A stretch of 64,000 nt of DNA from Hemiscyllium ocellatum (lineage: Eukaryota), in contig NC_083409.1 in the NCBI RefSeq assembly GCF_020745735.1, positions 14,541,873 through 14,605,872 of the forward strand. Reading direction: 5' to 3'. The translations under genes were made by a program, and so were the position numbers. Under the pieces are notes generated by a model, which was given only the letters and a program-made list of their open reading frames with translations, was not told the origin of the DNA and searched no databases. Positions 36,725 through 48,959 of the stretch are shown here, piece by piece. Every line of letters begins with the position of its first letter. Position 1 is the first letter of the stretch.

Positions 36725-39700
36725 GTAGGAATAGGGCCAGTCAAAGACAGCAGTGGGAAGTTGTGTGTGCACCCTGTGGAGATCGGAGAGGTGCTAAATG
36801 AATATTCCTCATCTGTTTTCACTCAAGAAAAGGAGAATATTGTCGAAGAGAAGACTGAGTTATTGGACTAGAAAGGATTGAGGTTAGTAAAGAAGAGATG
36901 TTATCAATTCTGATAGGAGTAAAAGTAGACAAGTTCCCTGGGCTGGATGGGATAAATCTTCGGATTCCCTGGGAGCCTTTGGCTTTGATCTTTGAGTTGT
37001 CATTGTCTGCAGGTTTAGTACCAGAGGACTGGAGGATTGCAAATGATATGCCCTTGTTCAAGAATGGCAGTAGAAATGACCCAAGTAATTATAGATCAGA
37101 TAGCCTTACATCTATTGTAGGAAAAGTTTTGAAAAGGATTATAAGAGGTAAGATTTATAATCATCCCGCAAGCAACAATTTGATTGCAGATAGTCAATAT
37201 CGTTTCGTCAAGGGCAGGTCTTGTCTCACAAACCTCGCTGAGTTTATTGAGAAGGTGACCAAGCATGTGGATGAGGGTAGGGCAGTTCACGTAGCGTACA
37301 TGGACTTCAGTAAAGCCTTTGATAAGGTTCCACAAGGTAGGCTGTTGGAGAAAATGCAAGGCATGGGATTGAGGGTGATTCAGCAGTTTGGAGTAGTAAC
37401 TTGCTTTCTGTAAAAAGGTAGCGAGTGGTGGTTGATGGAGAATATTCAGCCTGAAGTTCGGTGACTAGTGGTGTTCCATAAGGATCTGTTTTGGGACCTG
37501 TTTGTCATTCTTATAAATGACTTGGATGCAGGCAGTGGTCGATTTGTTAGTAATATTGCAGATGACACTAAAGTCAGTGGAGTAGTGGATAGTGTGGAAG
37601 AATGATGCAGGTTGCAAGGGGACTTGGATAATTGGGCTGAGAGGTGGAAAATGGAATTCAATGCAGATAAATGTGAGGTGATTCACTTTCGGAAGAATAA
37701 CAGGAAAGCAGAATACTGGGTCAATGGAAAGATTCTTGGTAGTGTGGATATGCAGAGGAATCTTGGAGTGCATGTACATAGATCCCTGAAAGTTACCACC
37801 CAGGTTGATAGTTCTGTTAGGAAGGCACAAGGTGCGTTAGGTTTTATTGGTAGAGGGATTGAGTTCCAGAGCCATGATGTCATGCTGCCACTGTACAAAA
37901 CGCTAGTGTGACCTCACTTGGAATATTGTGCACAGTTCTGATCGCCCCATTACAGGAAGGATGTGGAAGCATTGGAAAAGGTGTAGAGGAGATTTACCAG
38001 GATGTGCCTGGTCTGGAGGGAAGGTCTTAGGAGGAAAGGCTGAGGGACTTGGGTCCATTCTCTTTGGAGAGAAGAAAGCTAAGAAGGATTTAACAGAGAC
38101 ATACAAGATGATCAAAGGATTAGGTAGGGTGGACAGTTAGAGTCTTTTTCTAAGCATGATAATGTCGGCTTGTACAAGTGGGCATAGCTGCAAATTGAGG
38201 GGTGATAGATGTAAGTCAGATGTCAGAGGCAGGTTCTTTACTCAGAGAGTGGTAAGGGTGTGGAATGCCCTACCTGCCAATGTAGTTAACTCAGCCACAT
38301 TAGGGAGATTTATACTGTCCTTGAGTAAGCATATGGATGATGTTGGGATAGTGTAGGGGGATGAGCTTAGATTAGTTCACTGGTCGGCACAACATCGAGG
38401 GCCGAAGGGCCTGTCCTGCACTGTACTGTTCTATGTTCTATGTTCTGCAAGTGTGGCTAATTTTGGTTAAGTACAGTTTTGCATACTTTGCTTAGTTCAG
38501 CTCTTTTGGCCACTGTTCATTATTGCAGGGTCACACTGTCTAGAGTGTTCCTGCATTCTGTTGTGTACTATTGTGTTCTGGGAGTCATGCTCGGGAAAGT
38601 ATGTGAACACATTGGAGAGAGTCCAGAAGTGATTTACACGAATATTCCAGGGATGAGGTACTTCAATTGGGAAGAAAGATGGAAGATATTGAGACTGTTT
38701 TCCTTGGAGAGTTGAAGGCTGAGATGAGATTTGTTTGAAGCTTTCAAAATCATGGAGGGTCTGGACAGAGTGACTAGGGAGAAAGTGTTACCGCTCCTAA
38801 TAGGATCAAGCATGAGTGGGTACAGATTCAAGGTTATTCACAAAGAAACAAAATTAACACAAGAAGAAAATCTGATCACACAGCAAGCAATTAGCATCTG
38901 GAATGCACAGCCTGGAGTTGTGGTGGAAGCAGGTTCACGTGGAGTACTGGGCGGTTGGTTAAACAGAAACAATGTCTGGGGTCATTGGGAAGAGGCAGGA
39001 AATTGGCAGAGTCATAACACTCATTCAGAGAGCTAGTACATACTCGATAGACCAAAGGACATCTCCTGCACCGTGACAACTTCATGATTCTGTTGTTAAT
39101 TTCACTTTTAACCCTTCAGTGCTATCCAATGTTATTTACAATTATGTCATGGAATACAGGGTGGTCAGGACCAAAGTATGAAAATTGGCAATAGTGACAT
39201 TGCCAATGTAAAGTAAGAAAGGTGAGCACAGTGACTAAGGAATTACACTGTATCATTATCTACTGAGGAGGAAGATGCCAGCTGGCTGTTCCATGGAAAT
39301 TAATGTTGGATCAATGATGGGCACTCTTCAAAATTATCAACAGCAACGTAGAATATAATGTTACTAAATGATGACAAACCCTCAGGATTAGGTGGTTTCT
39401 ATCATCAAATTTTGAAGGAAGCTGGACAGAACATTTCAGATGCTCTGACTTTATAATCTTCCAAAGTTCTCTCCATTTGGTAGCATTCATTTAAATGGGA
39501 AAATTGTTCATGTCATTCCACTGTTTAAGAAAAGTGAGAGATGACAATGAAGGAATTATAGACCTGTTAGCACAACATCTGTTGCTAGGGAATTACTACA
39601 GTGGATAAGTAAGGGTAAGGTGACTGTAAACCTTGAAAATGTTCAGCTAATCAGAGACTGGCAGTACAGATTTGTCAATTATAGGTCATGCCTGATGGAA

Positions 39701-39899
39701 CTTGCCTGATTTAATTTTTGAAGGGATTACTAAAGTAGTGGAGGAGGGAATTGAGCTTAAACATCTCAGTCCAAGGACATCATTGCATGAGTTCCTCAGG
39801 GTAGTGAGTCAGGATCAACCATCAAGAGACTTTTCTGATTCGGTATGTGGATGTACCAAATAGAGAAGGTAGAAAACTTGACTTACTATGGGGAAATAA

Positions 39900-42100
39900 G
39901 GCAGGACAAGTGACTGAATGTCAGTGGGGGAGCACTTTGGGGCCAGCTATCATAATTCTATTAGTTTTAAAATAATGATGGAAAATGATAGACCACATCT
40001 AAAAGTTGAAGTTCTAAATTGAAGGAAGGCTAACTTTGACAGTATTCGGCTAGAAAGGTAAAGGGACGGCTGGGAAAAGGGAAGCCAGAGAGAGTGCATT
40101 CCTTTTAGGGTGAAAGTAAGGCTGAGAGGTGTAGGGAATGTTGGATGACTAGAGAAATTGAGATTTTATGTTCAGAAAAAGTAGGAAGCACATGTCAGGT
40201 ATAGACAGCAGAGATCGAGTGAATCCTTTGAAGAGTATAAAGGCAATAGGAGTATACTTAAGACGGAAATCAGGAGGGCAAACAGGGAACATGCGATAGC
40301 CTTGTCACATAGGGTTAAGGAGAATCCAAAGAGATTTTATAAATACATTAAGGACAAAAGGATGAGAAATGGGGAGAGAATAGGACCCTTCAAAGATCAG
40401 CAAGACAGCCTGTGTGTACAACCGCAGGAGATGGGGAAGAAAGAAAATGAGTACTTTGCATCAGTGTACTGTGGAGAAGGAAATGGAAGAATGTGGGGAA
40501 ACAGATGTTGACATCTTGGAAAATGTTCATATTTCAGAGGAGGAGGTGCTGAAAGTCTCGAAATACATAAAATACATCCTAAGGACCTGATCAGGTGTAC
40601 CCTAGAATTCTGTGGGATGCTAGGGAAGTGATTGCTGGGCCATTTGCTAAGATATTTGTATGATCGATAGTCACAGGTGAGGTACTGGAAGCCTGGGGGT
40701 TGGCTAATGTGATGCCCCTGCTTAAGAAAAGGGGTAAGGAAAAGCCATGGAACTGTAGACCAGAGAGCCTGACGTCGGTGGTGGGCAAGTTATTGGAGGG
40801 AATCCTGAGGGACAGGATTTACATGCATTTGGAAAGGCAAGGACTGATTAGGGTAGTCTGTATGGCTTTGTGCGTGGAAATCATGCCTCACGAACTTGAT
40901 TGGGGTTTTTGAAGAAGTCACAAAGAAAATTGATGAGGACAAAGCAGTGCAAGTGATCCAAATGGACTTCAGTAAGGCGTTCGACAAGGTTCCTCATGGG
41001 AGATTGGTTGGCAAGGTTAGATCTCACAGAATACAGGGAGAACTGGACATTTGGATACAGAACTGGCTCAAAGGTAGAAGACAGAGCGGGGTGGTGGTGG
41101 AGGGTTGTTTTTCAGACTGAAGGCCTGTGAGCAGTGGAGTGCCACAAGGATCGGTGCTGTGTCCACTACTTTTCATAATTCATATAAATGATTTGGATGT
41201 GAACATAAGAGGTATAGCTAATAAGTTTGCAGATGACACAAAAATTGGAGGCAGTGTGGACAGCGAAGAAGGTTACAACAGAGTACAATGCGATCTTGAT
41301 CAGATAGCCATAGGGCTGAGGAGTTGCAGATGGAGTTTAATTTAGATAAATGTGAGGTGCTGCATTTTGGAAAAGCAAATCAGAGCAGGACTTATATACT
41401 TAACGGTAAGATCCTACAGAGAGCTGCTGAACAAAGAGGCCTTGGAGAGCAGGTTCATAGTTCCTTGAAAGTAGAGTTGCAGGTAGATAGGATAGTGAAG
41501 GAGGTGTTTGGTATACTTTCCTTTACTGTTCAGAGTACTGAGTACAGAGAGTTGGGAGGTCATGTTGTGGCTATACAGAGCATTGGTTAGACCACTTTTG
41601 GAATATTGCATACAATTCTGGTCTCCTTCCTATCAGAAGGATGTTGTGAAACTTGAAAGGGTTCAGAAAAGATTTACAAGGCTGTTGCCAGGGTTGAAAG
41701 ATTTGAGCTGCACGGAGAGGCTGATTAGGCTGAGGCTGTTTTCCCTGGAGCGTCGGAGGCTGAGGGCTGACCTTATAGAGGTTTAGAAAATTATGAAGGG
41801 CATGGATAGGGTGAATAGACAAAGTCTTTTCCCTGGGGTCAGGAAGTCCAGAACTAGAGCGCTCAGGTTTAGGGTAGAGGGGAAAGATATAAAATGAACT
41901 TAAGAGACAACTTTTCCACGCAGAAGGTGGTGCATGTATGAAATAATCTGCCAGAGGAAGTGGTGGAAGCTGGTACAATTACAGCATTTAAAAGGCATCT
42001 GGATGGATAAAAGCATAGGAAGGGTTTAGAGGGATATGGGCCAAGTGCTGGCAAATGGGACTAGATTAGGTTAGGATATCCTGCCAGCACTTGGACTGAA
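39900..42100 (+). mobile_element. CR1 LINE ORF2 remnant
   Basis: QMDFSKAFDKVPHGRL, GVPQGSVLCPLLFIIHINDL and FADDTKIGG motifs. Confidence 0.9.
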
Positions 42101-43149
42101 GGGTCTCTATGATCTTCACTGCTCCATCAATGATCTTCCTTCAATCACAAGGTTGACCACGCTGCAATAAATCACCCATACTCCAAACCCATGGCCTCAC
42201 CATCCAGAAAGCCAAGGGCAGCAGATGTGGAAATGTATCAGTGTTCTTTTACTGTGGTGAGATACAGATCTTGTAACTCCTTCTCCAACAGCAGTGTGTG
42301 TACTCGTGCAATGTACACTCCGTGTACCCCATTCTCCAGGGCTATTAGGGACAGGCAGTAAATTGTACCCAGACACCACAAACATGCGAGGGGAAAACAG
42401 ATTACGGGAAAACATGCCACATGACCTGAGGTAGGGTAAGGCAGGAGAGGAGAGATTAACTGCTGGGTGAACTGACTCAGCTGCTGGGAGATGGACAACG
42501 CATGCAGCCTGTCTCTTATTGTGGCTGTGCTACCTATTTATTTCACCATCGAAGACAGTCCTCTCAGCTGTCGAGGCCCTAAGCTCTGAAACTGCCTTTC
42601 TGTCTCTTTTTCATCGTACATGCTGCTCCTTAAAACCTATCCTTCAATAAAGCGTTGGGTCATCTTGGTTCGTAATGCCTTATCTGGCCCTTGGTGATTT
42701 TATTTTGTCCGATAACACTCCCACAAAGTGTCTGATTTCAACAGGATTGTCTGGAAGTATCCATCAAGTTTAGTCAGCATTTGTGGGGAAAGATACAGAT
42801 AACATTTCAGGGCTGATGTTCTTTCAAACTCAATTTACTTTTTCTAAAAAGGGAAATGCTGTTTGAAGCTTTTAATTTTGTTCTGATCAGGACAGAATTG
42901 CAAGAATACCAAATCTCAAAGGATTATGTTGATTTTGTGGCAGGTCTAGGTCCTTGCGTTCTGGTTTTCTTTGTTTTGTTTTTGCATGTGCCTTCACGTT
43001 TTTTGATGTTGGACTGAGTCCCCTGTGAGATAATGCACCTTTCCAGAGGAAAGATTCCTCTGTGGGTCAGCCTGGTCCTTTGTGGGTGGACTTGACCTTT
43101 GGAAAGACTGAACACCTGTGTGTGTGCTGGGAGGTGAGCATTTGCTGCT

Positions 43150-43790
43150 TCCTGGATTGGACCCTGGATTGGACCCTGGATTGGATGGGTCACTACTTCC
43201 TTGGGAAGAGCTCATTCATTCATCAGCGCTGCTGGAGGCGGGGCCAGTGACGTCACGCCACCCACCACGTGGTAATTGCTCACGTGATCACAGGGACCAC
43301 CCCCTGCTGGTCTTACGCCTCAACATGGCGGCAATGAATCGATTGGTCCTTATTCGGTAAAAAAAGTTGAACAGACTGAAGTAAAACCGATTATTCAAGC
43401 TGTACTTATATTTAAAACAGTAGTTCATAATAATTGGAGTGCGACCGATTCCGTTGCCTTGCACGAATTCCTCCTTTTCCCTCAGTGGGGGAGGGTATTC
43501 TCTGTGTCCGTGTATTGTTTGGGAGGTGGACCCGCCGATGCCGGCTCCGGGGTTGACCGGGACAGCGGGGGAATGACGTTTTAGAGAAAGCCGTGAGGTT
43601 ACCCGCTGCGGTGTCATTGCGCAGGCGTGGGATTACCGGCCTGAGGTCGTGCGCAGGCGCGCCGCTGCTGGCCAATGTGTCGTTGCGCAGGCGCAGCATG
43701 ACCGGCCACGGTGCACGAGTCTTTGGATCGCGGGGAATTCAAAATGGAACGGCTCAGTGTCAGAGAGAACAGCCCAGTGAGGCTTGGAGC
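43150..43790. promoter_or_regulatory. CpG-rich housekeeping-type promoter
   Basis: Three tandem ATTGG/CCAAT boxes (43152-43185), GC box, CRE TGACGTCA 43248-43255, CACGTG at 43266 and 43281, YY1-type AACATGGCGGC 43322-43332, and three NRF1-type TGCGCAGGCG at 43618, 43650 and 43684. Confidence 0.75.
43325..43356 (+). CDS. Possible short first coding exon (MAAMNRLVLIR), gene unidentified
   Basis: Good Kozak (AACATGG) overlapping the YY1 motif, followed by a GT donor-like CG|GTAAAA. Confidence 0.3.
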
Positions 43791-44691
43791 TCCTCTCAGA
43801 GTCAAATCTAACACCAAGACTGTCCAGACTGGCTTCACCTACTGTTGTAATGGAGACTGGATTCAAAGCAATTACTTTAATCTACAGTTGGAGGAAATCC
43901 CTGCTCATCTGTGATTACGGAAAACAAGAATGTAGTGGATGTGTGTGTCCTGCTGGTGCAGCATTATTGTTCACACCGAGTTACCTTTGAGTAGGTGGCA
44001 GTGGGCTGTCTTGAACCACTGCAGTGTGTGAGCTGTAGGTAGATCCGCAGTGCCCTTGGGTGGAGTTCCTGGATATTGAACCAGTGATAGTGAAGGAGTG
44101 TCAGTATATTTCTAAGTTAGGATGGTGAGTGGCTTGAAGGGGAATTTGCAGGTAGTAGTTTTCCCATATATCTGACTTTGTTCTTTTAGATGGAAGGTTT
44201 TATTTTTGAGTAAAAAGTGAGGTCTGCAGATGCTGGAGATCACAGCTGAAAATGTGTTGCTGGTCAAAGCACAGCAGGTCAGGCAGCATCTCAGGAATAG
44301 AGAATTCGACGTTTCGAGCATAAGCCCTTTTATTTTTGAAGCAGCTGTTCAATAACTGTCATAGTTGAGGAGGGAATAAAGGTTAAATTCATTGGCTACA
44401 AACACATCCATAGAATTGGGACTAAATGAGACCAGCCCCTGAGCTGCCGGCTGGATACCAGAGGAGAGGTGTTTTAGGAGGATTGTGTGGTAGATGGAGA
44501 TGTGTGTAGATTGAGATGGAGAAAAATACAATTTACTTCGGTCATCGTGTTGGATATGACTTGGATAAGAGTCATTTAAAAATTGTGGCAAATTACGAAC
44601 TTGATTGTAAGGATTTACATATCGAATTTGGGAAAGATGAGCACAGATTTGAGGCAACAACATATGTTATATGAAAATTAGCAGGCACTGA

Positions 44692-46340
44692 TGTTAAAGT
44701 ACAGATTTGAGATGGCCCAGGGAATCCCTTGTGACCTCAGACCTGTAAGCCTCTCTTGGTTTGTCCTGGCGATCGTACTGAGTCTGGCATAGCCTAGAAT
44801 AAAACCATCTTACAGACAGTTTAGTTTAATTTTAGTCTTCCCCTTTATTTACCAATAACATCACTGTTACAACATAACACTGGTACTTATTAGCTAAACT
44901 AGTTAAGGTTCTAAACCTGAGGAGAGTAGTGACCAGCTCTCTCCTGTCACAAACAGGGTTCCTTGATACAAAATTTTACAAAAACACTGCATTTGATTAG
45001 ATTTAAACACTTCATTAGACAGACAACATTGGAAAGGCAATAATTCATAAGGAAGAGAAGTTAATTGACAGGTCTGTGTGCGCCTAATTGATCACTCCTA
45101 CAGCCCGTAGTCATCCATCAGGTGGGAAAAACAGATTCAGCCGAGTCAGGCACCTGTTGGTGAGACAAGTCCTTTCTATAAGGAGGCACCAGTCAAAACT
45201 AAGTGGGAGAAGTCATAAGGTAACCTCGCATGTCAGGTCTCATGTTTCACAAAATGGCTTCTTAGCTAGGGAAGGCAAACTTTGACTGTTAAAAACTGGC
45301 TTCCTCATAGATTGTGTCAGAATCTCTTCAATGTTGGGTTAGAATAATTTTTAAACTAGGAGCAGACTCTTGCTTTTTATCTTAAGAAAACAATCATTCT
45401 GAACCTGAGGCTGAATTGTTTCTGTAAGGTTGTATTTCAAATGATTCATTTGTCTCGAATTAGACATATTTTTCTTTTCAGGGTTCTGATTCAAATTCAA
45501 AGAGGATATCAATCTGGCTTGTTAGAATTGACAGTGGGGCAGTCATGGTCTGTAAGAACAGTAAGTAAGTTAAAGCTTTGTCAGCATTACCTTTTACAGA
45601 ATTTGCATTTTGTACGATGGTTTCTCAAAATAATCATAAAGTCCCAAAATACAATTAAGTTCAAAACAAGGGTTATAGAGATAACACCGGAATAGGATAC
45701 TGATTGTGGATAATCAGCCATGGCCATAATAAATGGTGGTGCCAGCTCGAATGGCCTACTCCTGCACCTGTTTTCCATATTGAATCCACAACAGGTAAGC
45801 GTGCATTCAAACCAAACCACAGTTAATTTTCTATTTGCTTTGGCAATCTCAGCGTTATAATGTTGTTGTTCTCTCATTCTCTCTAGTGTCTTTTTGAACA
45901 CCCAGGTTAGGGACTGTAACAGAATAATGTTTTTCCCTTTCTGTCTACCGAGCCTGCAAGGGTAATAAGAATCCAGTATAATTGCTATGACCTGACCATT
46001 AATTACAAGGCTTTTGACATGCTTGCAGGATGATACCAAGTCAGAGATCAGAATTAAACACTGTCATTAATTTCACAAGTGAACACACGTGAATGTTATC
46101 ACTCTGTGTCCTGTTTACACAGATTCATTCCTGTTAAGGCACATGTTCTTAATTACTTTGGAGCATCCTGTTACCACTTGGTGAGAACAGGTGTTTTTAT
46201 CTTCTGCACATCCTGGGTTCCCCCTTTTGTGGCCTGGTGCCTCCCTGGCTTTCCTGTTTATTTTCTACGGTGCAACAAATATGTTTTATAATTCAACATT
46301 AACATTTAGTCGAAATGTTTTAAGGCTATAAATTTTCTCA
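44692..46340 (-). repeat. ERV 3' LTR (~1.65 kb)
   Basis: Starts TGAGA immediately after the PPT and ends ...TTAACA; both ends are homologous to 52456-53090; AATAAA at ~44845. Confidence 0.85.
45509..46128 (-). pseudogene. Intronless TSPAN13/TSPAN31-like tetraspanin captured in LTR U3, frameshifted
   Basis: Colinear blocks across frames: VCSLVKL..LILIS (TM1), KSLVINGQVIA (cf. SSLRVVGVVIA), WILITLAGSV..LFCY (cf. LLIAVAGLV..LFFY), EQQ-23aa-CCGF (same spacing as TSPAN13), CKFC..ADKALTYL (cf. CQMC..SDEALKIL). A LINE-tail fragment is inserted at ~45668-45785. Comparison is by eye with remembered human sequences. Confidence 0.7.
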
Positions 46341-46353
46341 TTCCCTCCTTTTG
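46341..46353 (-). other. Polypurine tract
   Basis: CAAAAGGAGGGAA on minus, directly before the TG of the 3' LTR. Confidence 0.85.
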
Positions 46354-46379
46354 TCATTTCATGACAACTACATAGCTCA

Positions 46380-47027
46380 TTATACAAATATAATGAGTCC
46401 ATTTAGTCTTTGTATTCTCAATAATTTGTGCTTCCTCTTGCGAGTCATTGTCCGGAGGATCAGAGCGGAAAGATACTGGATTTCAGTGGAGTCGTTCAGA
46501 CGTGGAGCTACAGGGGTAGGCAAGGGTCGATTAACAAGATTGCTTTTCGCCTTAGCCAAAGAGGAATGTATGGTCCGTTCCATGCACAAGTGGACAACAC
46601 TGTATATTCCTCGGATGAGACTGAGGACTATCAGTACGTTCCACGTGATCCATCCACACAGCGACCAAAGCCAGCAAGGAACACTCCATCCATATGGATC
46701 GGACAATGGTTGGGCAGGTATCTTCCCTGCACCTTGACCCGTTTTGTTGATAACATCTATGTTGTCCAAAATGTCTTTAGAGAAATCATTGATGTAGATG
46801 CAACATTGCGGGCCAATAACAGAACAAGCACCTCCTCCTTTAGCAAGGAGGAAATGTAGCACTAGCCAATTCTGAAGTGTTACCATCCAGGTCTCCTGTA
46901 CCTCTTTGTTCACCAGCTTCAAAGCGTGGGCAGTTGAGTTGGCAAGTTTTCCGATGTCGTACGCAAGGTCAGTTGTCTGATCTCGGGCCTTCTCAACATC
47001 CCAGCCAGGAGTAATGCCTCCCAGCAA
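46380..47027 (-). CDS. env: Retroviral env transmembrane subunit (gamma-type), open for 215 aa
   Basis: Fusion-peptide-like LGGITPGWDV, ISD-like LQNWLVLHFLLAKGG, CX6CC motif CSVIGPQCC and a hydrophobic anchor; SU upstream is disrupted. Confidence 0.9.
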   Translation of the reverse strand: MLGGITPGWDVEKARDQTTDLAYDIGKLANSTAHALKLVNKEVQETWMVTLQNWLVLHFLLAKGGGACSVIGPQCCIYINDFSKDILDNIDVINKTGQGAGKIPAQPLSDPYGWSVPCWLWSLCGWITWNVLIVLSLIRGIYSVVHLCMERTIHSSLAKAKSNLVNRPLPTPVAPRLNDSTEIQYLSALILRTMTRKRKHKLLRIQRLNGLIIFV

Positions 47028-47755
47028 TTTGCATCACCAGGTTTATTGATGGAAAGTTGTGTAAGTCCTGTTTGTATTTCCTTATTTCCTCTACATTTTG
47101 TTCCATACTGCTTCACATGTTGGTAGGCGTTCATTCATCACCTACCTCAGGTACTTCATGGTGGAGGGTAACAAATGGTAAATTTTGTACTAGGGCACAA
47201 CATTGGTACCAGTCATTGGGTAGATATGGGTAGCCTTTGTTTTCACATCGCCAATGAAGGCTAAAAGGAGTTCCAAAGGCGCACTTCTGTGAGTGAATGA
47301 CGAGTCCACTCAGGGCGAGAGCTGACTCTTATAAACAGCGGGTGCTATCAAACGTTTGGATGTCCAAGTGTATTAATGAATGAAGAGCAGGAGTATCACC
47401 AGTGTCTTTGATAACATTCTTACACAGTGCTGGCTTCACATTCCCCATGTCGTGAGTGGCAGAAGTTCTTTCAACGCACCATTCTAGTGCACTTCACACA
47501 GCGACGTGCTTCTTCTACCGAATGGGTTTTGCCAGCATAAGTGAGGGGTTGCATAAGTGTGAGAGTCCTATTTGTACACTGGACATCAGAATGATGGAAG
47601 AGTGAGCAAATAACACACGGATCAAGGGTTTAGCTTGAATCAAGAAACCATTGGTAACAGATGGGAGATTGGGAGTACATAGTATTTTGGATCTTTCTTC
47701 AGCTTTCCAGCATGTCTTCTGAATTACAGTAGCTATTGAATACAGGAACTGTATA

Positions 47756-48492
47756 CAGAGGAACCTCGATTATCCAAGTGAGATGGGCCGGCACTATTTC
47801 ATTCAGATAATTGATTGATTATTTGGTTAATTGATTTCCTCTGGGTCTGTGAAGTCTGATCCCCGATCAGGAGACTCAGCAAAAGCACATTGCTTGCGAG
47901 AACCTGTCTGCCCCCAATCCCGCCACCCTCAACCCTGCCCACACCCCCACCCCAAACCCAAACCCATCGTCTGTCCAATCCCAGCCCGCCCCCCTCACCC
48001 GGTCCCACCCCCATCCATCCCCACCTACCATCCGAACCCCCGACTACGTGCTCACCCCCCCTCCCCCACCCCCCACTGTGGGGCAGCCGGACTGTACACC
48101 AATAGTAAGACTGCTGCTGCCTTTGTGGGATAAGTCTCCAAATAGCGCGCGCAACATTTTGACAGGTTCTGCCTCTGCCCTGTACAGGGCAACGTTGGAG
48201 TGATAATCTGGGGATGGGGGGTGGGGTTGGCATTCACCCAATGTGTAGAAGTCCAGGGAGAGTGTTGGGGGAGGGAGAGAAAAGGCAGGAGGTCAGCCAT
48301 TTGGAGATGGTGCCTGGACTGTTCAGGACTGTCCTCGGCAGCATTTCAGTGAGCTGAGTTTGCTTTTGCTCATTTGTACCTGTAAACAGAAGACGTGATC
48401 AGGATTGAAATTGCTCTTTGATGTAATGTTTCTATCGGGACCTTAAGATCACCTTCGGATAATCCGATATTTGGATTAACGAGGAACCTATG
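47756..48492. mobile_element. Tc1/mariner (pogo/Tigger-like) non-autonomous DNA transposon inserted in env SU
   Basis: Imperfect TIRs CAGAGGAACCTCGATTATCCAA / CATAGGTTCCTCGTTAATCCAA with TA on both sides. Confidence 0.8.
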
Positions 48493-48959
48493 TAAAGGTA
48501 TTTCTGTCACTGGTGGTAGGTCAGATAGGAGAAGATGCCATTGAGAAGGCATAGGTTGTCTGTCTCATGGTGAAAGGTGCCTGAGGGTCTGGTGATTTTG
48601 GTATTATGTGCTCAATACTGCAATCCGTACGGTTCGTTTTGAGGGGAACAGACAAACATTTCAAAGTAACAGTTTTCGGTTGATGGAGTGGCTGAGGTTA
48701 TGGAATTGTGCCATCTCATGATGGCTGGCTTGGAAGTGTTGCGAGGATAATGACAAGGTCGAGAGTGATATTTGGATACAAAATGTGAGCAGTTTAACTG
48801 AGTTTCAGCTGGGCAGCTGCATTCATAACTTCCAATGTATTAGTACAGGTTTCATATATACAGTACCTTGGAGTTTTAGCCAGTCTAAGATAACATAGGT
48901 CGGTTACATCTGGACATATGTACTTGGGTTGGGTTTTCATCGGATACCTGTATCAGTGC

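Larger units (their letters stand above)
32060..38445 (+). mobile_element. Near full-length CR1 LINE (ORF1 esterase, APE, RT) with three nested insertions
   Basis: ORF1 RALVIGDSIV and DLYKQDGLHLNQKGTNILG; APE VYFNARSI...VAISETW; RT YMDFSKAFDKVP; (TCTATGT)n tail at ~38430. Confidence 0.92.

Noticed and set aside
43325-43356. Naming the micro-exon as PGAM or SUCLG1
   Set aside because: Only 11 residues; the exon length and phase do not fit what I remember of either gene, and no downstream exons were found.
44340-44680. Protein-like frame IYFGHRVGYDLDKSHL and a possible CAP-Gly motif
   Set aside because: Another frame fits a decayed L1 ORF2 C-terminal zinc-knuckle region better; many stops.
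45587-46039. The 150-aa ORF read as a complete intact accessory protein with a C-terminal TM helix
   Set aside because: Residues NMENRCRSRPFELAPPFIMAMADYPQSVSYS derive from an inserted LINE-tail fragment (same motif as ~8000-8100), and the apparent TM after it is not the true TM4. Only a frame-stitched remnant is supported.
47799-48300. Pro/Gly-rich ORFs
   Set aside because: Low-complexity C-rich interior of the TA-flanked DNA transposon.
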